43,805 nucleotides of DNA. Origin: Amoebophrya sp. A120 (lineage: Eukaryota > Protista > Dinoflagellata). The stretch's first letter is position 1. Every line of letters begins with the position of its first letter. Under the pieces are notes generated by a model. It was not told the DNA's origin, did not search any database, and saw nothing but the letters and a program-made list of their open reading frames with translations. Where the stretch lies: positions 19,055-62,859 of the forward strand of contig CAJINV010000043.1 in NCBI GenBank assembly GCA_905178155.1, written 5' to 3'. Positions 24,001-35,400 of this stretch are shown piece after piece. The position numbers and the translations under genes were made by a program.

Positions 24001-27000
24001 GGCCACTTTAAGTGGGAAACGGCATGACAAATCGCCTACAATTTTGGCCGCAACTGCGTCTGTTGGCCTTCTAGCATTACGAGTCGATTTGTGTACGCAA
24101 ATCCAGCATCACAAATGTCCTTTTCAATATGGGGAGGGGGGATTTTTCCTCACAATAGGCGATGAAAGAAGATTTAACGCAAGCTGTGCGAAGGATGAGG
24201 AAGTATTTTCTCGACGCCGTGGAAAACTGGACGGACGAACACGAAACTTCCATTACCGAAACCCAGAATAAGCTAAAAAAGGCGTTACGCGATTTTCGCG
24301 ACGTGTGCCGCGCAATCAAGATTTCCGAGCGCGAGGTGCCTCCGCTGTGCGAGTCTGTTACCAAAGCGTGCACGCATTATCCTGTGCAAAAGTATCTGAT
24401 ACTCGTATTGCAATCATGCATTACAAATCTTCTGCTAAAGGTAAATCCCCATCACAAATTCCATTTTTCATGCTGAGGAAATTTGTAATGCATTTATACG
24501 ACTACGATACTTATGCAATGCATACGCCTGTGGTGATAGGGATATTCCGAACCCAGATCGACTGGAATATGGAGTATGGAGTTCTCAACCGTTACATTCT
24601 CAACTGCATTACATGAATTTGTCATGCGAAACTAGTACCATCATCATCCACAAGATCAAGCTGCTTCGCATGACAAATTTGCGAAGGCGGGCTAAACAGC
24701 ACCTAAAGCTGCGCGAGATTTTTAATGCAATTTTTGCACCCTGTCTTCCCCCTTTCGCTTTTATTGCCATTCTTGCATTACAGATTCATGTAACAGTTTT
24801 GAGAATGTAACGTTTGAGAACACCATAGGGAGAGCGCAGAATTTCGAGAGGAAGTGACACGGAAATATGAGGAGTTCCGCCAGGAGGCGGGATTGTCGGA
24901 GGAAAGTCGTTATAAACTGCAAAAGTATCCGATACTTGTGTAAATGCATTACAAATTTTCTTGGCATGAGAAATAAAATTTGTAATGCGGATTTAGCTTC
25001 AGAAAATGATTTGTAATGCATGATTGCAATACGAGTATCAGATACTTTTGCACAGGAGCGTCGTGCGAAAACCCCCGTGAACAACGAGCCGCAAGAAGCT
25101 GGTACTGCGGCGACCGTGAGCAACAAGAAAAAAGAACTCCACCCGGTCGTGCAGAGCGTGTTTGAAGCGAACAATGAGGATGGCAAAATGGAAATAACGC
25201 CGAAGAAGCAGGTAGAATTCGTGGAAGCTTTCGACCGGATTATATGCAAGAAGAAAACTGTGGAAGTGTAAATTTGTGTTGCAGAAGAGGATGCAAGACA
25301 CCAACACTTGTCATGCTGGACATGCATCAGAGGTTCTTCTCGTAAAGTGTTTGCACCGATACCAGCAATACACATGAGAGGTTTATTTCTCTGTCATGCA
25401 GGGCCGAGCAAATTTGTGATGCTGTTCCTCGAAGAAAGTTACACTTTTACATATTTTTTTTCCTGGATAGATCAACCGATACTTTCACAAAATCGTAGAA
25501 GGGAGCCCGGAAGATACAGATCTCGATCGAAACAAGGACTTGTTGCGGGAAGCGAAAATCGACTTTGACGCCCTGTTGGAGGAGCATATCAAATGCAAAA
25601 ATGTCTGGGTCTGGAAGGATGTAACTTGTGATCATGCTATCTCTGGATTCTAAAAAAATCTGTATTGCATGACCAGCAAGAGGGGTCGGGTTTGTCCTAC
25701 GTGGAGAGGGCATTTCTCATGCGGTAGAGGTATCGCAAAGCCCTCCAAAAATCAGTGATGCTACGGCATGCATCACAGACATCATGGCTCATGCAACATA
25801 TGCATGACAGATCTAGAAATCTTCCAGACCCAGACACTTTTGCATTTGATAACGCACGATATCGAGCAACCGTCCGAAAAGTGGCTAAAAGCTGAAAGAG
25901 CGTGTGATGATGTGCTGAAGGGGGAAAAGAGGACCTGCTTTGACTCGGAAGCCGAGCCGGACTCTGACGTCTCACAGGAAGGGCGCGCGGTGGAGAACGA
26001 AACGAACTTGCAGAATACGGTATGAACGACGTAGAATTATTGTTCCTTCCGGTATCATATTGGTCGAAAAAACGGTATTTTTGTGTTCTACAAACCATGA
26101 TCCGTGAAAAATCTACATCTCCATTTACGACGCAGCTGTCGTTGCATTTAGATGAACCGAAAACGAGAAATCATAATCAAAGTCCATACCAAAATCGTTT
26201 CCCTCAGGTCCAGGTGCGTGCGGAGTCCCCCGTGGTCGCCCCCCGCTCGGCTGCGCAATTACTCCTTGCCCCTGCTGGCAGTTCCAGGTCACCGTGTGCG
26301 GATTCGTTCGAGGCCTTGAGACAGCAGGACCAGGAAGATAGTAACGGCGAAGAAAGAAGTGGCGCCCAGGACGGGGAAGTACAAGGGCAACGTTTTGAAG
26401 AAGGTCGTGCTCCCGCGCAGAACGACGAGTTGGAGATGAACGAAGGACAAGACCACGGTGACGCCGCACAAGGAAAAAAGGCAACCAAGATGAAGAAGGC
26501 AAAAAAGATGAAAAAGGCGAAGGAAAATAACGAGAACAACACACCCGCCGCTCTGCTACAGGGCAACGCAACGTCCTCTAGCACGATGGCCGGTCAGGGT
26601 GCGGTGGCGGCGCGCGGAAAGTCATCGTCATCGTCCATTTTTAGTGCGGTACTGAATTCTGGTTCCATGTTGAAGGATTTCAAAAATGATCTCGTTCTCA
26701 ACATTTTTGCAGTACTTACAGTCTGCAATTCATCACGGTAATTACTTCGATGTTTAGAAATGTCACAGAAACAGAACAGAACTCTTATTTTCTGGACCGG
26801 AATTCAATCCAATTCGTATAATTACACCAATATCAGGTATCGCACGGCAAGAATCTCATGGCGACCGTCCCTTCGAGCAGCAGTGTCGAACAGAAAATAT
26901 GAGAATGCACAATCCCCCACGTCGTCCCCCGGATCTGTAATGCATAAACAGAAATATTAGGAGCATCGGCAACAGAAAGAGTACAGTATGCGCATTACAG

Positions 27001-28764
27001 ATTCACACAGGAGTATAGTGCTGGTTGAGCTCCCGAGCGACCCCTGTCATGCAACACTCACAACAAAAAAACGGTAAATCTGCCTGTTGTCATTGACAAA
27101 CGAGGAAGCGGGGGGGCGGAGGTTTGTACACTCTCATAGAGGAAAAACAACATCGTGAACACCACCTTCAGTGCCGCGAATACTACCACGCCGCACTCGA
27201 CCGATGCCACCATGACCACTGCTCTGTACGGCGGTGGACAACTACAAGGAACTACGAAACAAAAGAGGTCCCAGATGAAGAAGCTTACCGCCCCTTGTAC
27301 CGCAAAGGCTCCGTCGAAAAAGATGAACCCGTCCACCTCTGTCACCAACGGATCAACTACGAAGTTGTCTGCAGCATCTTCTACCAACAGCGGTACTACA
27401 AAGGGCAAAACGCCTGTGCGGAAATCTGGTGGGAAGCAGCCGGCTGCTGCTAGCTTCTTAGTCGCACCAGCACCGACGAAAAGCTACGGATCATCTTCCT
27501 GGGACACGCCGAAAGTGATATGAGAGTGTACAACTCCCCCTTCCCCTCATTTGTCATGCAAAACCCCAAATGCAAATCCAAAACCAAATGCTCCACTGTG
27601 GCACTGTTTGCACCACAGATTCCTGTCGTGACACTGTTTGCATCACAGATTCCGGATGAATGATCCCAAACAGTACTACAGTAGGCGCATGAGTTTGTCA
27701 TGCACAGGCTTGACATGTGGTGCTGTTTGTATTGCTGTTCATGCAATACAAATGAGGGGGAGGGGGGGTTGTGCACTCTCATAAAGGGTTCAGCCAATAT
27801 ACAAACCACCGAGAAGAACTGGCGGTAGCAGCGGTGCATCGGAGGACCTGCCGGTGGTATAGTAAACCAATTTTTGTCAATCATGTATGCACAGAGCGTA
27901 TAGATGATGAAATTGAGATCTTCGTCATTTATTTCCCATGAGCAGACGGTGTGTCCTCTGTAGGAACAGTGGCTGAATATGAATATGAAATTTATTCTTT
28001 CAAGAAATAAAATCGAATCAGCATTCCTATCCGTCGCACACCTCCGGTAGCCTCGTCGAGGGTGAGCGGTCGCGAATATCAAACGCAAAAGTGTTTCAGT
28101 CCTCTGGAAAGCCGGGGCTTGTAATGCTGGTCGCACATTTCGCACATTCCCGTGAAAAAAAAATCCACAGTTCAGCATCACAACTTTGCGTTTCCAGAGG
28201 ACCCAAACACATTTGCAATGCATAGCGGAAGATCCGGTACCAGGATAAGAGTCCGCATATGAACTGCAAAAGTATCGTACTCGAATAAATGCATTACAAA
28301 TTTTCTCAGCATGAGAAAAAAAATTTGTATTATGCTGATTTGCCTTGACAAAGAAATTTGTAATGCAAGACCAGCATTTATACGAGTGCGATACTTTTGC
28401 ACGGGATACCGCAGTTGTCCTTTGGTACGAACACCAAACACGGTATCCTGTGCAAAAACGTCCCCACACCAGAGTCAAGCTGGGAAATCTGCTAGACAAA
28501 TCTGTCAGCTTTTGCTGCTGCGCATGACAAGTTTGGCCTCGCAGTGTAATCCTGTTTAGCTTGTTCAGCAGCATCACAGATGTAGCATATCATGCTGATT
28601 CTAGCATCACAAATCCCACAACACGACTAGAGACTGCTTCTCATGGGTCTCCGCATGAGAAGCATTTTCAGCATGCAGATTTGCATTACAACTCTGGTGT
28701 GGGGACGTTGTTACAACTGATACAGGGAGCGACCTCCTCGTCTAGCCGCGCGCCGTGGTCGTAA
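21068..28764 (+). CDS. Gene 2: multi-exon hypothetical protein (K-rich, low complexity), ~19 non-canonical introns; ends approximate
   Basis: ATG 21068 (MAAQKDKG). In-frame joins include KHFT-EQNGK and QSVF-DAYEKRKTSSSMKMTEA-MKEDLTQ. Region 26000-28100 only partly resolved. Confidence 0.65.
21155..21329. mobile_element. Introner-like element (diverged)
   Basis: TATGGGAGGAAAAA ... AAATTTCCCCTATA; DR ATTCA/TTTCG. Confidence 0.45.
21943..22112. mobile_element. Introner family B
   Basis: TATCCTGTGCAAAAGTATC ... GATACTTTTGCAGTGCATA; perfect DR CACTG; frame restored. Confidence 0.9.
22184..22452. mobile_element. Introner family A
   Basis: TATCAAATGTAAAAATGTCTGGGTCT ... AGACCCAGACATTTTTACATTTGATT; perfect DR GGGGA. 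Confidence 0.9.
22499..22734. mobile_element. Introner family D
   Basis: TATGGAATTCCCAA..TCTCAACCGT ... ACGGTTGAAAATGT..TTGAGAACTCCATA; DR poor. Confidence 0.7.
22821..23089. mobile_element. Introner family A
   Basis: TATCAAATGTAAAAATGTCTGGGTCTGGAA ... TTCCAGACCCAGACATTTTTGCACTAGATA; perfect DR TGGGG. Confidence 0.9.
23138..23404. mobile_element. Introner family A
   Basis: TATGGCTTGCAAAAATGTCTGGGTCGGGAAGATT ... AATCTTCCCGACCTAGATATTTTTGCAGTTGATA; perfect DR TTCCC. Confidence 0.9.
23515..23790. mobile_element. Introner family A
   Basis: TACCAAGTGCAAAAATGTCTGGGTCTGGAAG ... CTTCCTGACCCAGACATTTTTACATTTGATA; perfect DR TTTCG; frame restored. Confidence 0.9.
23847..24157. mobile_element. Introner family F
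   Basis: TATCACAAAGAAAAATCCCCCCTCCCCATA ... TATGGGGAGGGGGGATTTTTCCTCACAATA; perfect DR GGCGA; frame restored. Confidence 0.9.
24378..24524. mobile_element. Introner family B
   Basis: TATCCTGTGCAAAAGTATC ... GATACTTATGCAATGCATA; DR CGCAT/CGCCT. Confidence 0.85.
24575..24827. mobile_element. Introner family D
   Basis: TATGGAGTTCTCAACCGTTACATTCTCAA ... TTGAGAATGTAACGTTTGAGAACACCATA; DR TGGAG/GGGAG. Confidence 0.9.
24911..25059. mobile_element. Introner family B (inverted sibling of 24378-24524)
   Basis: TATAAACTGCAAAAGTATC ... GATACTTTTGCACAGGAGC; perfect DR GTCGT. Confidence 0.85.
25243..25469. mobile_element. Introner family E-like
   Basis: TATGCAAGAAGAAAA..AAGTGTAA ... TTACACTTT..TTTTTTCCTGGATA; DR GATTA/GATCA. 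Confidence 0.65.
25587..25851. mobile_element. Introner family A
   Basis: TATCAAATGCAAAAATGTCTGGGTCTGGAAG ... CTTCCAGACCCAGACACTTTTGCATTTGATA; DR GAGCA/ACGCA. Confidence 0.9.
26898..27138. mobile_element. Introner family G
   Basis: TATGAGAATGCACAATCCCCC ... GGAGGTTTGTACACTCTCATA. Confidence 0.7.
27519..27783. mobile_element. Introner family G
   Basis: TATGAGAGTGTACAACTCCCCCTTCCCCTCATTTGT ... ACAAATGAGGGGGAGGGGGGGTTGTGCACTCTCATA. Confidence 0.85.
28077..28224. mobile_element. Short introner, family A-type TIR
   Basis: TATCAAACGCAAAAGTGTTTCAGTCCTCTGGAAA ... TTTCCAGAGGACCCAAACACATTTGCAATGCATA; DR GCGAA/GCGGA. Confidence 0.8.
28258..28408. mobile_element. Introner family B (reverse orientation)
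   Basis: TATGAACTGCAAAAGTATCGTACTCG ... CGAGTGCGATACTTTTGCACGGGATA; perfect DR CCGCA. Confidence 0.9.
28444..28722. mobile_element. Introner family C
   Basis: TATCCTGTGCAAAAACGTCCCCACACCAGAGT ... ACTCTGGTGTGGGGACGTTGTTACAACTGATA; DR CACGG/CAGGG. Confidence 0.85.
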
Positions 28765-31160
28765 AGAAGACCGCAGAACAAGAACACGATGGAGGTTTTC
28801 AGGCAGGGTCTGATACTGTTGATGGGTCGTGGAAAGGCGACATAAGTAAAATTTTGCAAGATTTTATAGAAACAATCGATTAGGTCTTTTAATACATGTT
28901 TCGTTGTTAGAAGTTATTGTAGCACACCACTGTAAAAGTCCTACTTTAAAGTTTTAAACCATGTACATTCTGATTGATGAGAGAGTACTTGTTATTGGCA
29001 CGGTAGTTGTTCACGAAAAATTGTACAAAAGTTTTATATTTGGACGACAATTTTAGCCTGTTTATTTACAACCTTGAGCAAGAACACTAAAATCATCACG
29101 TTTCGCTTGATATCGTTCACTTCAAGTAAAATTCTACGACTATAGTTTAACCGACGATTTACATTGTTGATATGACAAAAACAGGAAAAATCAAAGTGCA
29201 TCACTACTACGACCCGTAAAACTTTCCGGCATGGTTATATACTACAGCCAGCGGCGAAATTTTATCAAATTCGAACCAGAAACCTTCGTTCTGTAAAGAG
29301 CCCGACATGTAGTTGTCAAGGGTTCCCTTTGCACAGAAGATTGATGAATAGGACAAGAAAAAAAGGAATTGCATAGAAACTACACAAGTTACTACACATA
29401 GCATAGAAGAATAGTTGCAGTCGAAGCCACATGAAAATTAGCGTAAAATCGGAATGGTAGCGAGAAGAGGGTGATAAAGTTAGACCACCAGAGCAGTATG
29501 GATTTCCAACGCAGCATCTGACTCGAACTCGACGGAACAAGTCGAAGTCCTAATCCCCGAAAGACACACTAAAATAAACAACACGACAAATTTATTTGTA
29601 TTTCCGGATGGGTATCTTGATGCTGAGTATGCCAGATAACGAACGAAGATATTTCTACACCTTTTCTCACACTCAGTTTTCATTTTCCCCATTACCACCT
29701 CTCATGTATCTATTCTCGCCTGGCGTCAGTACTTCGAACATAGATTGAAAAACCGAAAAGAATGAAGATCTTGGATCTCCTCCTCGTGGTTTTTATTTAC
29801 CACTGCTGCTTTTTTACCCTGTGGCTGCCTTGTTCGGACAGTGAAATGTTGCATCAGGAGCTTTCGTTTTTGTACGCAAGACGAAAGAGACGGAAAAACC
29901 AGATTTGTAATGCGGAACGCCAAAAGTTGACAAACAGAGATTATTTTTCCACATGAACATAAAAAAGAGCTTGACTTTTGTGCCCGTTTAGTCGTGTTTC
30001 ACCAATCTGTCATGGTAAATAAAAGGCGAAATAGAGTGTGGCTTGATGCTGTGGCGCGTGTGGGCAGCAATGCAGATTAAAAATCTGTGATGCTGAAAGA
30101 GGAAAAGTTTGTTCTTTTTCCGAGGCCTGATTAAAAACGCCATAAATAAGATTCCTTGCTCTTCGAAAAGTAAAACGACAACCATAAAAGACTTACTATA
30201 CCACTATTGCCTTGCGTTAACTAAATATCCTGATGGGTATGCCAGATAAAGACTATCCAACCACTTTGATGGAAACAAGCAGACAGAATTGAGCAAAACG
30301 TCTGACTCTGAACTAAAACTCCACTACATCCGCTGTGATGATAAGAAGAATGAGTTTATTTCCGATGGACAAACGCTTGTAGCTGTACATCGAGATTGAA
30401 TTTCAATTTGGGATCATAAAAGCAACACATGGAGACAACAATACAACGACGTTCGAGTGCACGTTGTGCACCGCAGCTGCCGTACAAACGCAGCCATGAG
30501 GAGGCGCAGAAGTTGCGTCTCTTCATACCACGTCGTGCGCCGAGTTCGCAAGTGTGTTCCACCATGATAAATTATTTTGCGGCGAGCGTTGTGGTTGTCC
30601 TTTCTCATCATGGACGTATTTTTTCCCAGCAGGCGGTAGACGAAGACGCGCGCGGCGGGTCGCTGTGCATCTCCTGCGCGAGCAGCGGGCAACTGCCTGC
30701 GGTGAGGCCATTCCTGACGGGTTTGGCCCGGTTGCGACTCCTCCCAGCCTCAGTAGCGTGGTTGGTCGCGTTCTGCAGGTTGGGCCTGATGGTTTTGTCA
30801 TTGAGTCCGCCACCAGGAGAGCAGACGGCGGAATTACGGCGAAAGGCGCCGAGGCGCCTCACCGGCCTCCCCGTTCGAGGTTTACAAGTTAGGGCGCGGC
30901 AGCCTGTGGTGAGGCCATCCCTGGCGGGTTTGCCTGCGCCTGTCCTCGGCAAGTTGCGGCGCGGGCAGAGTTGTGCCCGGCCGGACCAACGGCCGCGCGC
31001 GCCGAAGTGCGCGACGCGAGCCCGAGCAGCAACGCGCCCCGCCCCACAGTGGCGGCCCTAAAGGAGTCAGCGCTGCAGAGGGGGCCACCTTCAGGGGATG
31101 GCCTTCCCTTCGTCTTGGCAGGCAGACACGAGACGCCGGCCCTTCTGGGTATCGTGCCCG

Positions 31161-31240
31161 GCGGCCGAATTTCTGGGGCATGGGGGCGGCCGAATTTCTG
31201 GGGGGTGGAGGCGAGCGAATTTCTGGGGCATGGATGGGGG
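31161..31240. repeat. ~25-bp G-rich tandem repeat x3 inside a GC-rich island
   Basis: GCGGCCGAATTTCTGGGG(C/G)... three copies. Confidence 0.75.
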
Positions 31241-32499
31241 AGCCGATATTGATCGCCCAGCAGGTGCGGCGCAAGTCCGCGGCCGCTGCCCTCGGCAGCC
31301 TGGCGGATGCCGCCGCCGCCGGCTAAGTACCGCGCCGGCTACTTGGCCGGCCGAGCCTCTTCCCTGCCGGCCCGCCCCCCCGGGGGCCCTGGCCGTACAC
31401 GCCCGCGCGCCCGCGGCGCCGTTTGCCCCGGTGGGGCAGGGTAGCAAGCCCCGCGCGCGCCCCGGCCTCAGCTGCCGGCGCGGGCCGGGGAGGGTGCGGG
31501 CAAGCCATCCGCAGTGCAATCGATTACACGATGGCGCCAAAGAAAGTCGCGACGAAGGAGATCGGCACGTGACCGGGGAGCGCGCGAACAAAGCCCGCGA
31601 AAGCGGTCAAGGGCGCCGCTCGAGATGTTTGAGGACGCTGCGAAGCCGGCCTTTCTCCGATCAGTTCTTTCAGCAGGGCGCCAGGCGGTGCCTGCCTGGG
31701 GCCAGTCGGCCCCTTTGTACCCGGGCGCCGCGCCGGAGTTGTGCGTGCGAGCCCGGGGCCCGTTTCCTTTCCACGGGCCGGCGCCCCTGCTGCCCCAAGC
31801 GGCCAGGCGCGGCGCCGCCCTTCGCCGCCGATGGTGTTGCCCCCCGCCCGGGGCGCCCCTTTCGCGGGCGGAGCTTGATTGGGGGGCCCAGGCTTTGTTG
31901 CCTTCCCGCCCTTGCTTGGTTGCCGCTGGGCCGCTGAGGTCGCGGGCCTGCGCCGGTGGCTGTGGGTTGCCGTTGCGCGGAGATGAAGCGGCGCGCCTCC
32001 CGCACTTGGCTGCGTGGCCGGTGCCCGTGGATAGTCTTGGGCGCCGCGGTGCGGTGCGTAGCGCATTCGCGACTCGCAATGCGGAGCTCTCTGCTGAGTA
32101 AGAAAGTGCCTCACCGAGGTACAGCGCTTCAATCGCCGGCTGCGGCCGCGGAATGAAAAACTCTCGCGCGCCCCATGATAATTGGGGCCCCATGACAACG
32201 ATGCTCGTTGCCTGTCCTTCTGTGTTCGAGTTCGCACCGGCAGAGCCGTCTGATGATCAGGCCGGTGGCCATTCAATACGACGAAAGCCTCATATTTTGC
32301 TTTCTTTCAACGTGTCGCTTCTGGCTGTCGAACTTGAATTGTGTTATGCGGCTAGCGCATTTTTGTTAGGCGGTATTTTGCGGTTACTTATAGAAATAAC
32401 ACGCCACGATTTTTTACGCCAACTGAAGAACCTGGACGAAGGCATAAGATTCCCGTATGACGAGGAGTACTTAAAGCTTTCACATCAAACTCGATCATC

Positions 32500-35400
32500 A
32501 TGGCAACATCCGGCTCATCTGCGCAAAGAACAACGGGAGTGAGCGACCAGCTTCCCTTCACTCACCCGGACAGCAGTGAGGGCCACGCGACAAACACCAA
32601 CGCTGCGGACGAGCCGTCCGTTGTTCCGCCGGAAGTAGGAGTCGACAGCGACCTGGAACAAGCAGAACAACGGGAGCTCGATCCTGCCGTATTTTCTAGC
32701 CGAAGCGCTGCTGCATTTCTCCCGACCCTGTTGCAGCACGACCAACCGGAAGGAAAATTAGAGGGTGTACCACGAGAGAAAGAATCCTCCAAGCTCGTCC
32801 AAGCGTCGTCCGCGATGGGCCGTAGGCTGTTGGAGCAGGACGAGAATCCGGCAAGAAGCAGTCCCTTCGCTTATTTTCCCACCAGTAGTGCTACTTCTAC
32901 GTCTACCCAAGTACAACAACACCACTCCCGTGCTGTCACCAGCCTGCAGCAAAGCGGTGGGGATCAGGAGGATGAGATATCAGTACCCCGCCTAGAAGTC
33001 GGTGAACAACAGGACAACTCTGGTGCTCCGTTGGTGCAGCTATGCATTGCAAAAGTAACGTACTAGTAGTAATTGCATTTATGCATTACAAATCTCTTTC
33101 TCAAGGTAAAACAGCATTACGAATTTGATTTGTAATGCTGGACTAATTTGTGATGCAATTTATACGTAGTACGATGCTTTTGCGTTGCATAGCAGCAGGA
33201 CCCTGACGGTAGTTACAGCTCACCGGCGCCGAAAGACGGGCGGAAAGACGGTGAAGAGTCGTCTTCTTCTCACGACCAGTCAATGCCCTGGTCGGCGTTT
33301 GTCGGGTCGGACGGCAAGCCTCTGTTTGGTCGTGATACGGCCGGTGACGAAGACCACGCTGCTGGACGAACTAGCTCTTCGTCGCCGATCGGAAACTACG
33401 ACCAGTACGTTCACACGCAGAAGCGGTACAACAATCATTTTTGCGGTGGGAGCGGGGAGCGGGTGGAACCGCGATCTGGATCACAGTCGCCGTCGCAGTA
33501 CACGTTATCAAATGCAAATATGTCACCTGGGTCTGGAAATATTGTGATGCTGTTTTTGCACGACACGAGAAGTTTGCGATGGACGCTTTACTAGCATCAC
33601 AAGTTTAGTAGAGAAGAGTCCCAATGCCTAATCCGCATTACAAATTCCCGTTCTCGGAGACAGAAAATGAGGCAGCTTTTGCTGCCTATGCATGAGAGAT
33701 TTGTGTGTGTTGTGAAATGCGCATGATCGATCACAAGTTTGCAATCTTCAAGAGGGTCGTCCAGGAGACATATTTGCAATGCATATCCGTACTACTCCGG
33801 TGATTCCCAACTTGCACCACGACAGGCAGCAGCAACTGCGGGAGCGGAAGATGCGGGGCAGTCCGTGGCCTTCGAAAATTACGATGTAGGACATGATATC
33901 AAATGCAAAAATGTCTGGGTCTGGAAGATTCCAAGAAACCTGTAATGCTGTTTCTGGATTCTGAAAAAATTCGTGTTGCATGACCAGCAAGAGGACTCCA
34001 GTTTGTGCTACGCGGCGAGGGCATTTCTCATGCGGCAGAGGCATCACAAAGCGCTCTAAAGATCCGTGATGCTACGGCATGCATCACAGACATCATCGGT
34101 CATGGAAAATATGCATGACAAGTCTAGAAACCTCCCAGACCCAAACATTTTTGCATTTGATACATGACGCCGGGGACGACGACAACACCCCCAGCAGCAC
34201 CTGCACAGCGCTCCACCTCCCGGACTACTGGACCTCGACTTACACCTATCAAATGCAAAAGTGTCTGGGTCTGGAAGAGTGCAGGAGTTTGTCATGCAAA
34301 TTTTGCATGACCCATGAGGTCTGTCGTGATGCATGCTGTAGCATGAGAGATTCAGCGAGGGCTTTCTGATGCTCATACCGCATGAGAAAAGCCCTCTCCG
34401 CGTAGCAAAAATTGCACCTCTGTTGCTGTTCATGCAATACAAATCTTTCATAGAATCCACAAGTGGCAACCTTCCAGACCCAGACATTTTTGCAATCCAG
34501 AACACCATCGACACGACAAAATTCGAACACGTCCGCTGGGAGATCTTCGCCGCGTTTGAATATGCTCTGCAAAAGTATCGCACTCATACTAATTGCGTTT
34601 CTGCATTACAAATCTTTTTATTAAGGGAAATCCGCATGACAAATTCCATTTCTCATGCTAAGGAAACTTGTATTGCAAGTTGTACTAGCTCTAGCACGAT
34701 GCTTTTGCATTGCATATTGAAAAGCACATGCTGAAATTCTGGTTTCTCATGCTGAAGCCGGACGTGAGGAACGCGAAAAAGTGGTCGGACCGGTACATCC
34801 CGACATCGGACATGATCACGCAAATCGTCAAGCACCACGTGGTATGAACTGCAAAAGTATCGTACTCGTAGTAATTGCACTCATGCAAGACAAATTTCAT
34901 TTTTGAGCTAAATCAGCATGACAAGTTCCGTTTGTCATGCTGAGGAAATTTGTGATGCGTTTATACGAGTACGGTACTTTTGCAATTCATAAGTCGAAGA
35001 ATTTTTCGCCCCGACCGCGGAATTCGGTATCATGTTGCAGGAACAGACCTTGGCGTTTTTGCAAGAGGGTAAGGAGGAGCTGTTTCGCCAAGAGCCGATG
35101 GGAAAGTCGATTTTTCCGAAATCAATCATCGGCAAACTGCTGCGAGTCCAGTTGGAACGGGTTTGGAAGGACAAGAACTACGATTTTTTCGCGCAGAAGC
35201 TGTTCAACAATGTGAATCTTTTTTGCGACAGCGAATTCGACTTCGAGGGCAACTTCTTCGGGGACGGTTTGTCAGGCGGAGTAGAGGACCGGAAAAACAG
35301 CACGACCACGACCTCTCTGACTTATGGAGTGCAAAAGTATCGTACTCGTATAAATGCATGACAAGTTTCCTCAGCATGACAAATAAAATTTGTAATGTGG

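Noticed and set aside
21943-25851. CRISPR-like or integron attC-like repeat-spacer array
   Set aside because: Repeats are inverted pairs from several families with TSDs, the spacers join into a continuous ORF, and there is no cas or integrase gene
27450-28577. Longest ORF in the track (375 aa, minus strand)
   Set aside because: It runs antisense through four introners and gene 2 exons; much of the peptide is a TIR translation
30640-32150. rRNA gene or long CDS in the GC-rich islands
   Set aside because: No conserved SSU/LSU/5S motif recognised; ORFs on both strands are expected from stop-codon scarcity at high GC
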